Below are positions 12,834 through 24,622 of a stretch of DNA of 64,000 bases, piece after piece; position 1 is the stretch's first letter, and every line of letters starts with the position of its first letter. The notes below the pieces were generated by a model. It worked only from the letters and a program-made list of their open reading frames with translations. It searched no databases and was not told where the DNA came from. Source of the DNA: Microthyrium microscopicum (taxonomy: Eukaryota); the NCBI GenBank assembly GCA_010405405.1, contig MU004234.1, positions 168,993 through 232,992 on the forward strand, given 5' to 3'. A program made the position numbers and the translations under genes.

Positions 12834-13333
12834 ATAAATGCAAGGCATAATGACAATCCCTCAGATAGAAAATGGCTTCTGCTGTGATACATCATATCTG
12901 CCATTAGACGCGCAGCTGTGATCGTCTGTCATCGTGACGCGGAGATGCCATTTGTGCCCGAGATTGTTACCCAGACTGGAGTTGAGAATCAGCAATAGAT
13001 ATGCATATACTGAATGTGCTCATCTCCTAAAAAGGTAATAAATTCAAGAATGGAGTTGATTAAAGTTATAAGAGATCAAACCATAGAAAATAAAGGTGGA
13101 CACGTGCAAGGTCGTCGCGTGAAACTTATGATCGTCCAACTTCACGCCCTACTTCTTCATCTTCCACCATACCATTCCCCGTCACCTACGTGCCCATTAC
13201 CCGCCTGACGGATGCCTACTACCATAGCTAGGCCTATGCCTCCAGAAATCCGAGTCGTTTGACATCTCTACCCTACTCGAGCCACAAGTACCCGGCACGC
13301 TGCCATTATTTCACCACCCAACAAACATTCAAG

Positions 13334-14419
13334 ATGCAAGGCTTCAACATGGGAAGGTATCATCCGCCGTCCTCTCTAGACAAATCACTTGCCGAAAAAT
13401 CATCACATGGCTTCAATAAACAAGCAAATGGAAAACGAACCCAAGCCACAGGCCCGCCAACTGTGCGCTTCGAGATGCCCTTCGCGATATGGTGCACCAC
13501 ATGCACGCCCGAAGCCATCATCGGCCAAGGAGTTCGATTCAACGCGCAAAAGGCTAAAGTCGGCAACTACCACACTTCCCCAATCTGGGGCTTCACAATG
13601 AAACATACTACATGTGGTGGTCTGATCGAAATAAGAACAGACCCCCAGCTTGGAGATTATGTGGTAGAAAAAGGTGCACGAAGAAGAGATTATGGCGATG
13701 ATGGAGATTCGAGAGAAGGAAAATTTGGCGAAATATTGACTGAAGAGGATCGAGCGAGAAGAGCTGCGGATCCTTTTGCGCATTTAGAAGGACGGGTGGA
13801 GCAGAAAGAGAAGGCAAAGAAGGAGGGCTGGTGGGTCGAAAAACTGCAGGACCACAAGGATAGAGATTGGGATGATGTCTGGAGCGCGAATCGACGGCTT
13901 CGCAAGACTTTTCGAGTTGAGCGGAAAGACTTGCAGGAGAAGGATCAGAATAGAGAAGAGCTGGCTGAACGACTTGGGCTGGCTATTGATGTTCTCGATG
14001 AAGTAGCTGAAGACGGACAGAGAGCTGCTCTCATGAGCTATGGAGAGACTGATATCTCCGCCGAAAGGAATGTCACAGTATCTGTCTCTAGGCCACTCTT
14101 CGATAAAGGTCGCAACCAAGAAGCTGTACCGACGACAGTCTCAACTACAAAAGCACAGAAGAAAACAGCCGAAAGCATATCATCTCTAAAGAAAGACCTC
14201 CGTGGCAATACTAGAGCAGTTGTGGATCCGTTTCTCAACGAAAATCCTCGGACTCCCAAATCTGGACAACGACTTGCTGGTGTCAAACGAAAGCGTGTAT
14301 CTGATCAGCACAAGAGTCCTCCCCTGGACGATCCCAACCACAAGAGAAAGCCCGCCCAGTCCGCTTCTTTGATCCAGTCAAATACCCCTTTGGTTGCTTA
14401 TGATTCTGATGATGATTGA
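13334..14419 (+). CDS. CCDC130: CWC16/Yju2-family splicing factor (CCDC130/Saf4-like)
   Basis: MQGFNMGRY start, VRFEMPFAIWC, IGQGVRFNA and CGGLIEIRTDP motifs. Confidence 0.9.
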   Translation: MQGFNMGRYHPPSSLDKSLAEKSSHGFNKQANGKRTQATGPPTVRFEMPFAIWCTTCTPEAIIGQGVRFNAQKAKVGNYHTSPIWGFTMKHTTCGGLIEIRTDPQLGDYVVEKGARRRDYGDDGDSREGKFGEILTEEDRARRAADPFAHLEGRVEQKEKAKKEGWWVEKLQDHKDRDWDDVWSANRRLRKTFRVERKDLQEKDQNREELAERLGLAIDVLDEVAEDGQRAALMSYGETDISAERNVTVSVSRPLFDKGRNQEAVPTTVSTTKAQKKTAESISSLKKDLRGNTRAVVDPFLNENPRTPKSGQRLAGVKRKRVSDQHKSPPLDDPNHKRKPAQSASLIQSNTPLVAYDSDDD

Positions 14420-15058
14420 TGTCGTTTTACGAAAACATCTCAACAACTTTGCATCGGTTTTGGCGTTTTATACCCGGGACATCGTTCCCACCATTTTGCT
14501 TCATAATGAATTTAGATTTTCAAAAAGCCTACCATGTCAAATTTAAGGGACTACTTGAGGTCTAATATTTGTAGGTAGCTTAGTTCTACATCTGAAAACT
14601 TAGGAAATCATCAATATGTCTCTGGTTTCTGGGGACTCGTAAACCTCAGGCAATTCCCGCTATATATCATCGGCTCGCGGGTCCGCTCAAGGTAATTCTC
14701 AAGCAAATTCTACGCATTTCGTAACATTTACCATCCACGGTTGCTAACAATGGTTGTGGTGTTGGGTGTTATATGACTGTCAATCTATATTATATATGAC
14801 TTCATATGACTTGGCCAACCAGCAACCTTCTACAAAAAGAAGTAGGGATATTTTCGGTACCACAAAATCTAATCTCTAAATTCTTAAGGGAATGGTCAGA
14901 CGCTTAATTTATCGCCAGATCGCTAAATTAACTCCCGAGGTTTCTAAGATGTTTACTAGGACAAGGTGGCAGGCTGATATAAGAGCTCGGGATCTCCACA
15001 TATCGTGAGTATTCAGACAATATTGTTTACTATTGCTCACTGTCGCTCGTTATCCAAC

Positions 15059-16377
15059 ATGAAGTCTCTCGTTATTTTGAGCAGTATTGCAGCTTTGGCT
15101 GCTTCGGCACCAGTTGCAGATCCACCAAAGATTAACAAAGACACTGTACCTGGGCTGAAAGTTGTGCCAAAGAACCTCTATCCCAAGCTTTTTGATGCGA
15201 ATGGAAAGCTTCAGTCTGTTCTATCGAATCCAGAAGGTGTTGCCCTGCCAAAATCAGAGCGTCCAGAGATCCAGATCGAGCCATCGAAAGACTTTGGCGC
15301 TTCTCCCCCAGCTGGCATTATTCGCAAGAAGATTAGATATGGTCCCTACAGACTCCCACCAACCAGTGAGAAAAACTGGCAAAGAGAGCATATGAATCTC
15401 GCTGGCATGGCTGATGAGTAAGTCCACATCCTGCTATCCAACAATAACTTAGACGTATGATCTAACGATGCAATAGATACCACTACAACATCACCAAACC
15501 ATGCACCGAATGCATGATCGCCAGTCTCTCCGCCAACCTCGAAGACGCCAGCGGCAAGCTCGTCCCATCCGCCAATGCCTGGCTCCACCACTCCGCCGTC
15601 GTGATCGCAGGACCTCAAATCCACGATCCCGTCTGCGGCGAATCCAAGACAGAAACGCTCTTTTCCTCCGGCAATGAGCGTTCAGTCACCCGCTTCCACT
15701 CTCTAACCGCACCCATCAAATCCGGCTACCGCGTCCGTCCTGACGACACCATCACCGTCGTCGGCGAGTACAAGAGCGAGATCGACACGGAACAATACGT
15801 CTGGCTTACACTCACCTGGGAAATCTTCGACGGCCCACAGCCAGCCATGAAAGATGCGCACGTCATCTGGATGTCCACCATCAACGGGTTGAACTGTGCC
15901 AAGGATGCTGGTGTCAAGAACCCATTTGGCGAGACCAATCTTACTGCTGCCGGTGTGCCGAAGGTCAAGGCATTCTCAGAGCACAGCATGCCATGGACTA
16001 GCCCCATCAATGGCACCATGTTGGGTATGGGCGGCCATTTGCATGATGGCGGTATGAGTATCGAGCTGTATCAAAATGGAAAAGTGCTGTGTGAAACGAA
16101 GGCAACGTACGCTTCCGGGCCGGCGGCTGCGGGCGCTATGGGATCGAATCATGCGGGTGGAGATCATTTGAGTGCTTTGAGCTCGTGCCCGCTTATGAAG
16201 CCGTTGAAGGTGAATGATAAGTTTTGGTTGGCTGCGAACTATGACTTTACGAAGCACGCAGGGTAGGTTTACGACACTATTTACTTGATCTGTTTGCTGA
16301 CTTGTTTTAGATCTGTTACTGAATCCGGGGATCTGGATGAGATTATGGGAGTTGGTGTTATATTGCTTGTAACTTGA
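15059..16377 (+). CDS. Secreted protein with copper-monooxygenase-like His/Met motifs (SurNod19/PHM-like); 3 exons
   Basis: Signal-peptide-like MKSLVILSSIAALAASA; WLHH, FSSGNER and GGHLHDGG motifs; last exon DEIMGVG. Function is inferred. Confidence 0.7.
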
Positions 16378-16802
16378 GTTATCCTCCAATGGAGTTCGAC
16401 TACTTACCTCTTTCATAATCTATCAATTTCATTTCGCTTCCCAGGTTATCGCCGATTACCATCTTGATACATCACCGGGACTGTCACTCCATTTTCGATT
16501 GGTCCATTTGTTGCGGGATTTTGCATTGGCAGGTACCACTGATCATCTGGCAGCAACCGCCGGGTTACCTAGGCAGGAACAGAAGCCCAAAACTTCAGTT
16601 CAAACACACAAGCTCTAACACATGCGTTGACCGCTCCATAAAGTTTAACACCTAAGGCTCCCTCCAATTTCCCAACTCGAATTCTGGACCAAGCACACTT
16701 ATGGTTGTCATTGTCCATTTCGAAGATATCGGTCAACAGGCACAACTAATCTGTCCCCTGGGTTGTTTTCGGCCAACAGTTCGCCAGAACAGGAAGATCA
16801 GT

Positions 16803-17956
16803 ATGGAAAATTTCTATCAGGAGTAAGAAATCTCATTGCCTGTTTGCTGCGTTGTTTTTGACAGTACCCTAGCATCCTGGAATCTCATTTGATTATTTTC
16901 CACGTTGGTCCAGAGCGCAAGCGGTGTGCTATCCATGCCGCTGCCTTCCAAAGACTATCAACGAAGATGGCCTCCGAAATCGAGCTGGCAGCAAGCCCAC
17001 CCTCCAGCAGCCCAGCAGTTGTGCTGCCACAGATCACCTGGAGTCATGTCTATTTCGACGACTTTGCTCGCCTGTATCAGTTTGCACATACCGGAGACTA
17101 CTCCAATCCGAAACCCAGCAAAGTGGATTCTGAGGAGCAATCGGAATACTATGATTTGATACGGCGTGACGGAGCGGAAGAATACTGGTCTTACGACTCT
17201 GATATACTGATGGAGCTCAGAGAGCAGGAGAAGAAGCGCAAAGATGGCGCAGAAGTTGCTACTATAGAGCTTCTTACAGGCTCAAAGAAAATAAGAGCTC
17301 AAAAGAAGTACGACGAGCGCAAGGCGCTCGAGGCTTTGGAAGCTGCCCGTGAACAGGATGAAGAATACGAAGAAAGGCTTACCTCAGGGAATGGCGGTGC
17401 TGGCAGTCAGTATGATTCTCACAAAGATCACCAGCACAACAACCTGGATATATCATCCTCTGCTGGTCTACCTAAGACCAACTTCCATCGCGAAGAGTTT
17501 GACAACCTGGCCTTCTGTAAAGACTTTCCCCGTGCTAGGTTTCAAGAGCCGTGTGATTTCATTGCCGATGGAAACTCGGAATGCAGCCTTGACTCGATTC
17601 TACTGGCTCATGCCCGAGTGTACTGCCTGGCTAAAGCTTACGACATCGAATCCCTTCAAAGTCTCGCTCTCTACAAGCTTCACCAGTTCCTCAAGAACCT
17701 GAAGTTGGATGAAGTACCACGCCGTGTGGTCTTTGACGTTCTGGATCTGGTGCAATTTGCTTACGGTAAAGGCTTCAAGGAACTGAACCTAAAGAAGACA
17801 GCTTATTTAGAGCTGCGAAAATTGGTCCTGGCCTACGTGATGGCGGAGTTGACGCTCATTCGAGCAGAAAAGCGCTTCGCCCAAGTTCTGTCCGAGGGTG
17901 GCGACTTTGTCACTGACTTGTTCCGCGAGATTATGGCATCAAAATTCCGATTTTGA
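16803..17956 (+). CDS. Fungal BTB/POZ-like protein, paralogue 1; 2 exons
   Basis: MENFYQD|ILESHLIIFHVG, FARLYQFAHTGDY, LLAHARVYCLAKAYDIESL and EGGDFVTD motifs. Confidence 0.8.
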
Positions 17957-18521
17957 TCACCAAATGCTCCCAAAGTCGATACATTGACTCTAAAATCTTC
18001 TATTTCTCTTTACTTCCATCCTCACTGAGAGGTCCCCGGTCCCAATGCGCTCTGACACCTTTTGTTCTAGACCTTCTGTAACTAACAATCAAACATTGTC
18101 GTTGTGCTTGTCGATTTCTTCCTTCTCCTCGAACTGCAATCGTCAAGTTAATCGCTTCTTTCTGACTGTAGCATATGTGTCAACCTGTTACCAGCAATTC
18201 TGCTTGATCTTGGTCGATTGTGTCAACGGGAGTAGACAAAGCAAGTTTGTCCGTACATGTCTTAGACGGCCGGAAGTTATCGTAGTCCCATTGTTCAAGT
18301 CGGAGACATCATTACCTAACTCTCATATCAGAGACCATTGCAAACGGAGGAACCAGTGGCAGAAGTATTATAAGTATATCATGCTCCTCGCATTGCAACA
18401 GTTCAAAACACCTAGCTCCAACCAGCAGTCTATGACCAGCTTCACATCGGCTTCATTCCATCGCCTCATTGCAGCTCTTTTCCCAACAGCCGAATTACCT
18501 ACTTCTCCGAAACCACTCAAG

Positions 18522-19413
18522 ATGACAGGAACAGGTTCACCTTCGCCGGCCAAACTCGAATCCGTGCATGGCAATGCTCACTGGGAACAATTGAAGAAGT
18601 AAGATGACCTTTATATCGATATAGTTTTTTTCTGACTTGATGGATAGAATTCTCAAAAGCGACATCCAGATCTTCATTGTGGGACAGTCACAGACTCCAT
18701 ATGACATCCATACCGAGGCCCTTACTGGCCTTAGCCCAGAGATCAAGACTTTGGTCTCAGAGAATGCGGAGGACAATGTTGTGAAGTGGTGCTGGATGCC
18801 TGAAGAAGATTTCTTGCGTCTTGTCTCCTATGGTTACAGCGGCGATTTTGATTGCCCACCCACCAAATTCACCACTAAAGGGATAAAAACCTCGCCGACT
18901 CGGAAAGGAACCCCATCGGCGACTTTGACAGCTGCATCGCCATCCCGAAGCGCTTCCGTGCGCAGCCCAAACAAGTCTTCTCCAACGGGCCAAACTGTCC
19001 AGTCACTTCCGATTGTGTCCGTCACGGCGGGCCCAGCTTCGTCCAAAATCGATATGAGCGTTGTGTCAAGCTACGCACGGCTGTATTTCTTTGCCTGCAA
19101 GCACAATATCACGGCTCTCAAATATCTGACCGCTTACAAGATCGAGACGATCCTCATGGCTCGTCAGATCAAGGCCAAGGACGCAAATGGCATCAAAGAG
19201 CTGCTGGGATTCATGATGTATGTCTTCCAGGAGACCACTGCCGAGGCCGAACAACTCCTGCGAAAGATCGCTATGCGATACATGGGGAACAACATCACTG
19301 TAGTCGCCAATTCACCGCAGTTTGCAGAGGCTATGGTAAAGGGAGGCGAGTTCGCTCGCGCGTTCTGGATTGAATTCCAACCTCATGTAGTCCGAGCTCA
19401 ATCCGATACATGA
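18522..19413 (+). CDS. Fungal BTB/POZ-like protein, paralogue 2; 2 exons
   Basis: ...QLKK|ILKSDIQIFIVG, FLRLVSYGYSGDF, YARLYFFACKHNI and KGGEFAR motifs. Confidence 0.75.
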
Positions 19414-19936
19414 ATTCCTCTACTTATCTGCTCTTCTCATCGAAGGGGAGAAATTTAGGCTCAGGAGTTTGGACTTGTGGGATATTGCGTTGTACTCGTC
19501 AGGATTGGGAAGGTTTTATCACCATGTTTGTTCCTGAATCTCAATTTACTAGATAGAATTTAGTGTCATTATCTCCCGTATTCTCTGCTCTTTTGTGACT
19601 TTTGCTAACATCTGACTTGATGTACTTCACGGCTTAGTCCAGGAAATGCACACAGATCTCAAGGCCGTAATAGCGTAACGATTCGACTAGGAACAAAGCC
19701 ATTTATTCCCTGTTGCAATGAGAACGCTACAAAGCTAGAAATTGAAAGTCATGGGCCAAAATCTCACCTATCATATGCAGGAAATGAGTTGCAAGCGAAC
19801 CATGTTCTCGGGAACCGGTTTCCGCTTAGCTGTGCTATAAACCCCTCAAAGACTTGTTTTCGTGGAAATCAATTTAGCATCAGTTACTTTCAAATTTATA
19901 GTCTAACTACTAAGATTCTTTTTCCTAACCATCACA

Positions 19937-20842
19937 ATGCGTGTTGTTGTCTTTGGCGCTTCAGGGGTACAAGGTGCAGCTCAGGTGAAGGTTCTCGCTA
20001 AAGCTGGACATGAGGTCGTTGCGATATGTCGAAATCGGAAAGTCGCAGATGATGCTGGAGGAAAAGTCGAAGCAGTGGCAGTGGATTTCAACGACAAAGA
20101 CGGAATCTCCAAAGCTGTTAAAGGAGCCGATGTCATCTTCCTCAACCTCCCTTCAACTTCATTTAATCAGGCAGAACCAATTATCGCCGCAACCAAAGCA
20201 ATTGGAGAAGCCGCAAAGGAACATGGCATTAAGCTGATCGTCTTCAACGTCAGTATGACCATTCCAGAAGTTCCTCAAGGGATCAAGGCCCAGGAAGACA
20301 GACGAATTATGCGCGATCTCCTTCGCGATATGGGATTGCCAGTCATTAGCATGCAGCCAGTGGCATATATCGACAACCTACTTGAAGGATGGGCCCTACC
20401 ACCGATTCGAGATCGCAACACTGTCGTCTATTGCCATCGGCCTGACCTCCAAGTTTCTTGGATTTGCCACCATGATCTGGCGCAACTGATGATGGCTGCC
20501 ATGGAGCGACCAGAACTTGCCGGACGCAATTTTCATGTGGGAGGGCCAGAGACGGTGCGACTAGAACAATTGGCTGAGAAGTTATCAATAGCGTGGAATA
20601 TCAAGCTGGACTATGACTGCCAGACGGTAGCTGACTTCTGTGACAAGATCAGCAAGAATATGCAAGGGAGAGGTCTTGATCCAGACATTATCTATAAACA
20701 GATGTTCAAAGCTTATTCATGGTACAACGATGCGCCAGAGAAGCCATTTGATGTCGATATGGCTCCGATACTCAAAGAACTACCGGTCACTCTCACTCCG
20801 ATAGAAGAGTGGGCTCGAACACATCCTGTGCCGCGAGCATGA
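19937..20842 (+). CDS. NmrA-like NAD(P)-binding protein (atypical SDR)
   Basis: Intronless 301-aa ORF with Rossmann motif VVVFGASGVQG, SWICHHDLA and VGGPE motifs. Confidence 0.85.
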   Translation: MRVVVFGASGVQGAAQVKVLAKAGHEVVAICRNRKVADDAGGKVEAVAVDFNDKDGISKAVKGADVIFLNLPSTSFNQAEPIIAATKAIGEAAKEHGIKLIVFNVSMTIPEVPQGIKAQEDRRIMRDLLRDMGLPVISMQPVAYIDNLLEGWALPPIRDRNTVVYCHRPDLQVSWICHHDLAQLMMAAMERPELAGRNFHVGGPETVRLEQLAEKLSIAWNIKLDYDCQTVADFCDKISKNMQGRGLDPDIIYKQMFKAYSWYNDAPEKPFDVDMAPILKELPVTLTPIEEWARTHPVPRA

Positions 20843-21354
20843 ATGATACGAGAATAGAGAGCACCTCGTAGGGTCAAAGGTTGGATCATGGATCTTCAAA
20901 ATTTCGCTGAGCATGCTATGTAGGATATGAAGTCACTCTGGCAGAAATTTGCTTTTAAAAAACACAAATATTATTGGTTTTGCCATTGAGCTTCGGCAGT
21001 GTGTGTAGTGCTTCACCTCAAGCCGCCTTCACAACAGACCAGAGACCACGAGATGCAGGGGCACCTGGCTCAGGCAATCGATAACTCTGTCTACAAATGC
21101 TAAGACGGTGGCCAACTCCACAAGAACACTGTGCGGTACCTACCAAACATGTAGGGTGTTGGCGGTGACTGACATGCTACCCGTCCCAGGTGGACACAGC
21201 CTGTCAGAAAGAGCAGGCGGCTCTTGAAATCTCCACGCATCCACGAGATTCTATCATCTACCTTTCTTCCTCTTTTTCCTCTTCCTCCTCCTCATCTTTC
21301 AAAGACGTACCAATACACTGAAACTCTGCCACACACAAACACACACACGGTACA

Positions 21355-21360
<6 letters not shown>

Positions 21361-21448
<88 letters not shown>
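21361..21448. repeat. Compound microsatellite (CT)32(CA)12
   Basis: Read directly from the sequence; ends 29 bp upstream of the ATG at 21477. Confidence 0.98.
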
Positions 21449-21476
21449 AAACCATCGTCAGTGCCGATCTACAGCT

Positions 21477-22469
21477 ATGGCAGAAAGCAAAATCAATTTC
21501 TATGAGCGGTAACAATGTTCAGTTTCCATTACAGTACCTTTTAAATTAACGAATGAGCTTCTCAGGATCCTGTCAACCGATGTCTGGGTTTTTCGCATCG
21601 GCAAAGAACAGACACCCTTCTACGTCCATAGCGGAGCTATCGAGCATCAGTCTCGAGCTCTGTCAGCCTTAGTCCGCAAGCCATACTCGGAGTCTACTGA
21701 AAAGACGGTGCTCTGGCCAGATGTTTGTCATGAAGACTTCGTTCGCTTCTATGAATTTATACATACTGGCGACTATCCAGCGCCACTTTTGTCGCACGAA
21801 GATCACAAGGATGAAGTGAAGCCAGAAATGGCCAAGAGCTCAAATATCGTCTACAACTGTGCGAACTGTATAAGAAGCAACTTCTCCATAATGTGTAACC
21901 ATTGCCGCATCAACATGGTCGGGCGTACTGACAATGCACTTACGAGACAAGCCGACGGCAACCTGATTGTGTGCATGACCACATTGCCTCCAGCTTCTCA
22001 GTCATCCACAGACAAGCTCAGCTTCTCAAAGGTCAAAAAAGCATTCGAAGCCAAGGATTACTGCCCTACTCTCCCTCGTGAAGCTTTTCGAGTATTGTAT
22101 GATGCCGTCCCTTTAAGTGGCCCTACCGTCGACTACAAGCCGATATTCCTAGCACATGCACGACTATATGCGCTAGGCGACAAATACGCCATCTCAAGCT
22201 TGAAGTCATTGACTCTATCAAAGCTCCACCGTGCTTTGCTTAACTTCAAGCTATGCGATGAGCGTGTGGAAGACGTCGTGGCACTTATCGATTTTGTCTA
22301 TAGCAACACTGCACCATCATCAGAGGAGAAACTGCGAGAACTAGTTGTCGACTATGTTATCAGCGAAGAGAATACGATCGGCAAATCGGATTCCTTCCTG
22401 GAGCTTCTTGGGGGTGGAGGGGATTTTGTGCAGGATCATCAGAAGAAGCTCTTTCAGCTGTTGGCATAG
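21477..22469 (+). CDS. Fungal BTB/POZ-like protein, paralogue 3; 2 exons
   Basis: MAESKINFYER|ILSTDVWVFRIG, FVRFYEFIHTGDY, FLAHARLYALGDKY and GGGDFV motifs. Confidence 0.85.
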
Positions 22470-23292
22470 ATTCAAGAGCAGATGACGAATGGACTCAGGG
22501 GTCCGCCCAAGAGTTATTGAAAGTGTATCATTTTGTAAGGATACTTTCGGCAGAAGCTATTGGAGCCATCAAGTGTCATGGGGCCAGTGTCTACGATTTT
22601 ATTTGCCTCGAGGAGCTCTATTGCTGGAAGAAAAGAGAGTAAAAGCCATACTGTCCAGGCTCACATTGTCAAAATCTTCAAGCGACACTCTTCTGTTGAA
22701 TGTTGAACGGTGGTCATTACTACAAACCTATGTAAAATAAAGAAAGACTTGAATGAAGGCTGATAATGTATCTTTTGATCTTAGAACCCGGTGCCTAGAA
22801 TTCGTCAATACGATTATGATCCGAGCTAATACGCCTGAAAAGACTATAATGATCATTTCCTGGTGAAACCAAACCGCCCATCGCATTTCCTGTCAACCTT
22901 CAAGTATTAATGAAGATAAGGATCTTTTCGTTCTATGAGATATCTTGAATACTGTGGTTTTGCTTGGGGGAATCCTTTCCATTGACATACGTGAACAATG
23001 GAGTATGCCGCTGCTGAGGATGAAGTACCCGAATTCAAATAACTAAGCCCCTCAGAGATAAAGAAATTGGCTCAGCGATCATTGTTATTCCACAATCTAT
23101 TCCATCGTCGCGTGTTGGCCATTTGACATCCTCACGAGTCTGACTCTTCAGCCAACACAATCAAAATGACAACAAAGTCTGCTTCCTGTTGCTGCTGTCG
23201 AGAGGTTTCTTCCAAACTTCAAACTTGTTCTCTACATTCTCATCATTGTTTCCATTCGCCCCGGGTGCACTCAGCGCCCCTGATTTTTGGAA

Positions 23293-24352
23293 ATGGCCTC
23301 TTCGGTGAACGCCAAAGCTACGTTCTATGAGCGGTAAATGTCCAAAGATCCAAGCAGAAAATGGCTCAGTTCACTGACATCTTCACAGTATCCTGTCAAC
23401 CGATATATGGACTTTCAAGGTCGGACAGGATCAGCAACAGTTCAGTGTTCACAGTGGAGCCTTGGAGAACCAGTCCAGCGCCCTGACAGCTCTGCTGCGA
23501 AATCCTATGGCTGAAGCCAATACCAAAACTGTGACATGGCCTGACACGGAGCCGGAAACTTTTGTACGATTCTCTCAGTTCTTGTACACTGGAGACTACG
23601 TCTCCCCATTCCTTATCCAGATCCCAGAAGCCGAGAAGCCCGAGTCAGACATACCAGACAAGCAATCAATACCACTGGCAGAACCAACATCACTGCATGG
23701 CATCGGCATTAATCCTAATCTCTACAGACTCTTGAAAGACTCCTGTCAGACCTGTGGAAACTTCACCGACTGCAAAGAATGCAGAAAGCAACGACAAGAT
23801 ATACACAATGAATACTTGAAATCCAAGTATGGAAAATCAGCTATTGCCACTCCTAAGGATCCCACAAACATTAACCTTGCCAGACTGCGCCGAAATTTCG
23901 AATCAAAAGACTACTGCGCACGCCTTCCTCGCGAGGACTATCTAGAGCCATGTGACAAAGTACCAGACATCGTACCAAGCCGCGACTACAAACCAGTACT
24001 GCTAGGACATGCCAGAATGTACGTACTAGCTGACAAGTACGGCGTTGATCCTCTCAAGGGACTAGCCGTCTCCAAGCTCCATAAATTTCTACTGAAGCTT
24101 AAGCAATCGAAATACCAAGTAGAGGATGTGGTAGAGCTGATCGAGTACATCTACATGAACACCGCGGACACTGTTGGCGAGCGACTTCGCAAGCTTGTGG
24201 TCGAGTTTGTGGTTTGTGAGGAGCATGTAATGGGAACAAATGAGGGTTTCTTGGGGTTGCTTGCGGCAGGTGGTGATTTCGTGACTGATCATCACGTCAA
24301 GCTCTGCGAGATATTTTGTCCTCCGGAATCTAGTATCGTTGAGATAGAGTAA
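23293..24352 (+). CDS. Fungal BTB/POZ-like protein, paralogue 4; 2 exons
   Basis: MASSVNAKATFYER|ILSTDIWTFKVG, FVRFSQFLYTGDY, LLGHARMYVLADKY and AGGDFV motifs. Confidence 0.85.
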
Positions 24353-24622
24353 GGCGGTCTCTGGACCCTTCAAGAGATAATGTCTTCTCGGTCTTCAAGG
24401 CTGGAAGCATAATGAAACTGCTCCAATGTCAATGGGGAAAATAATAGCGTGTATGAAGACCTTGCAAGACTGAAGCCTTGATGTCCTTAGATATCTCATC
24501 TATCCAAGCGCCATAGCAATGCATCCAACTCTATTCCAATGCAAATGCTCCCATGCTCCCCATCTAAATCGTTACATCACAAAACACATCGCCATGCACA
24601 TAACCAACCTCCCAAACCCGCT

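Noticed and set aside
18045..18521. Long N-terminal extension of BTB paralogue 2 (ORF 18045-18602)
   Set aside because: The upstream part looks like promoter/UTR, with a TATA-like TATAAGTA near 18368; ATG 18522 fits the short first exon of the paralogues.
21224..21515. ORFs 21224-21505 (+) and 21258-21515 (-) with SL/ER/HT repeats
   Set aside because: Artefacts of translating the CT/CA microsatellite.
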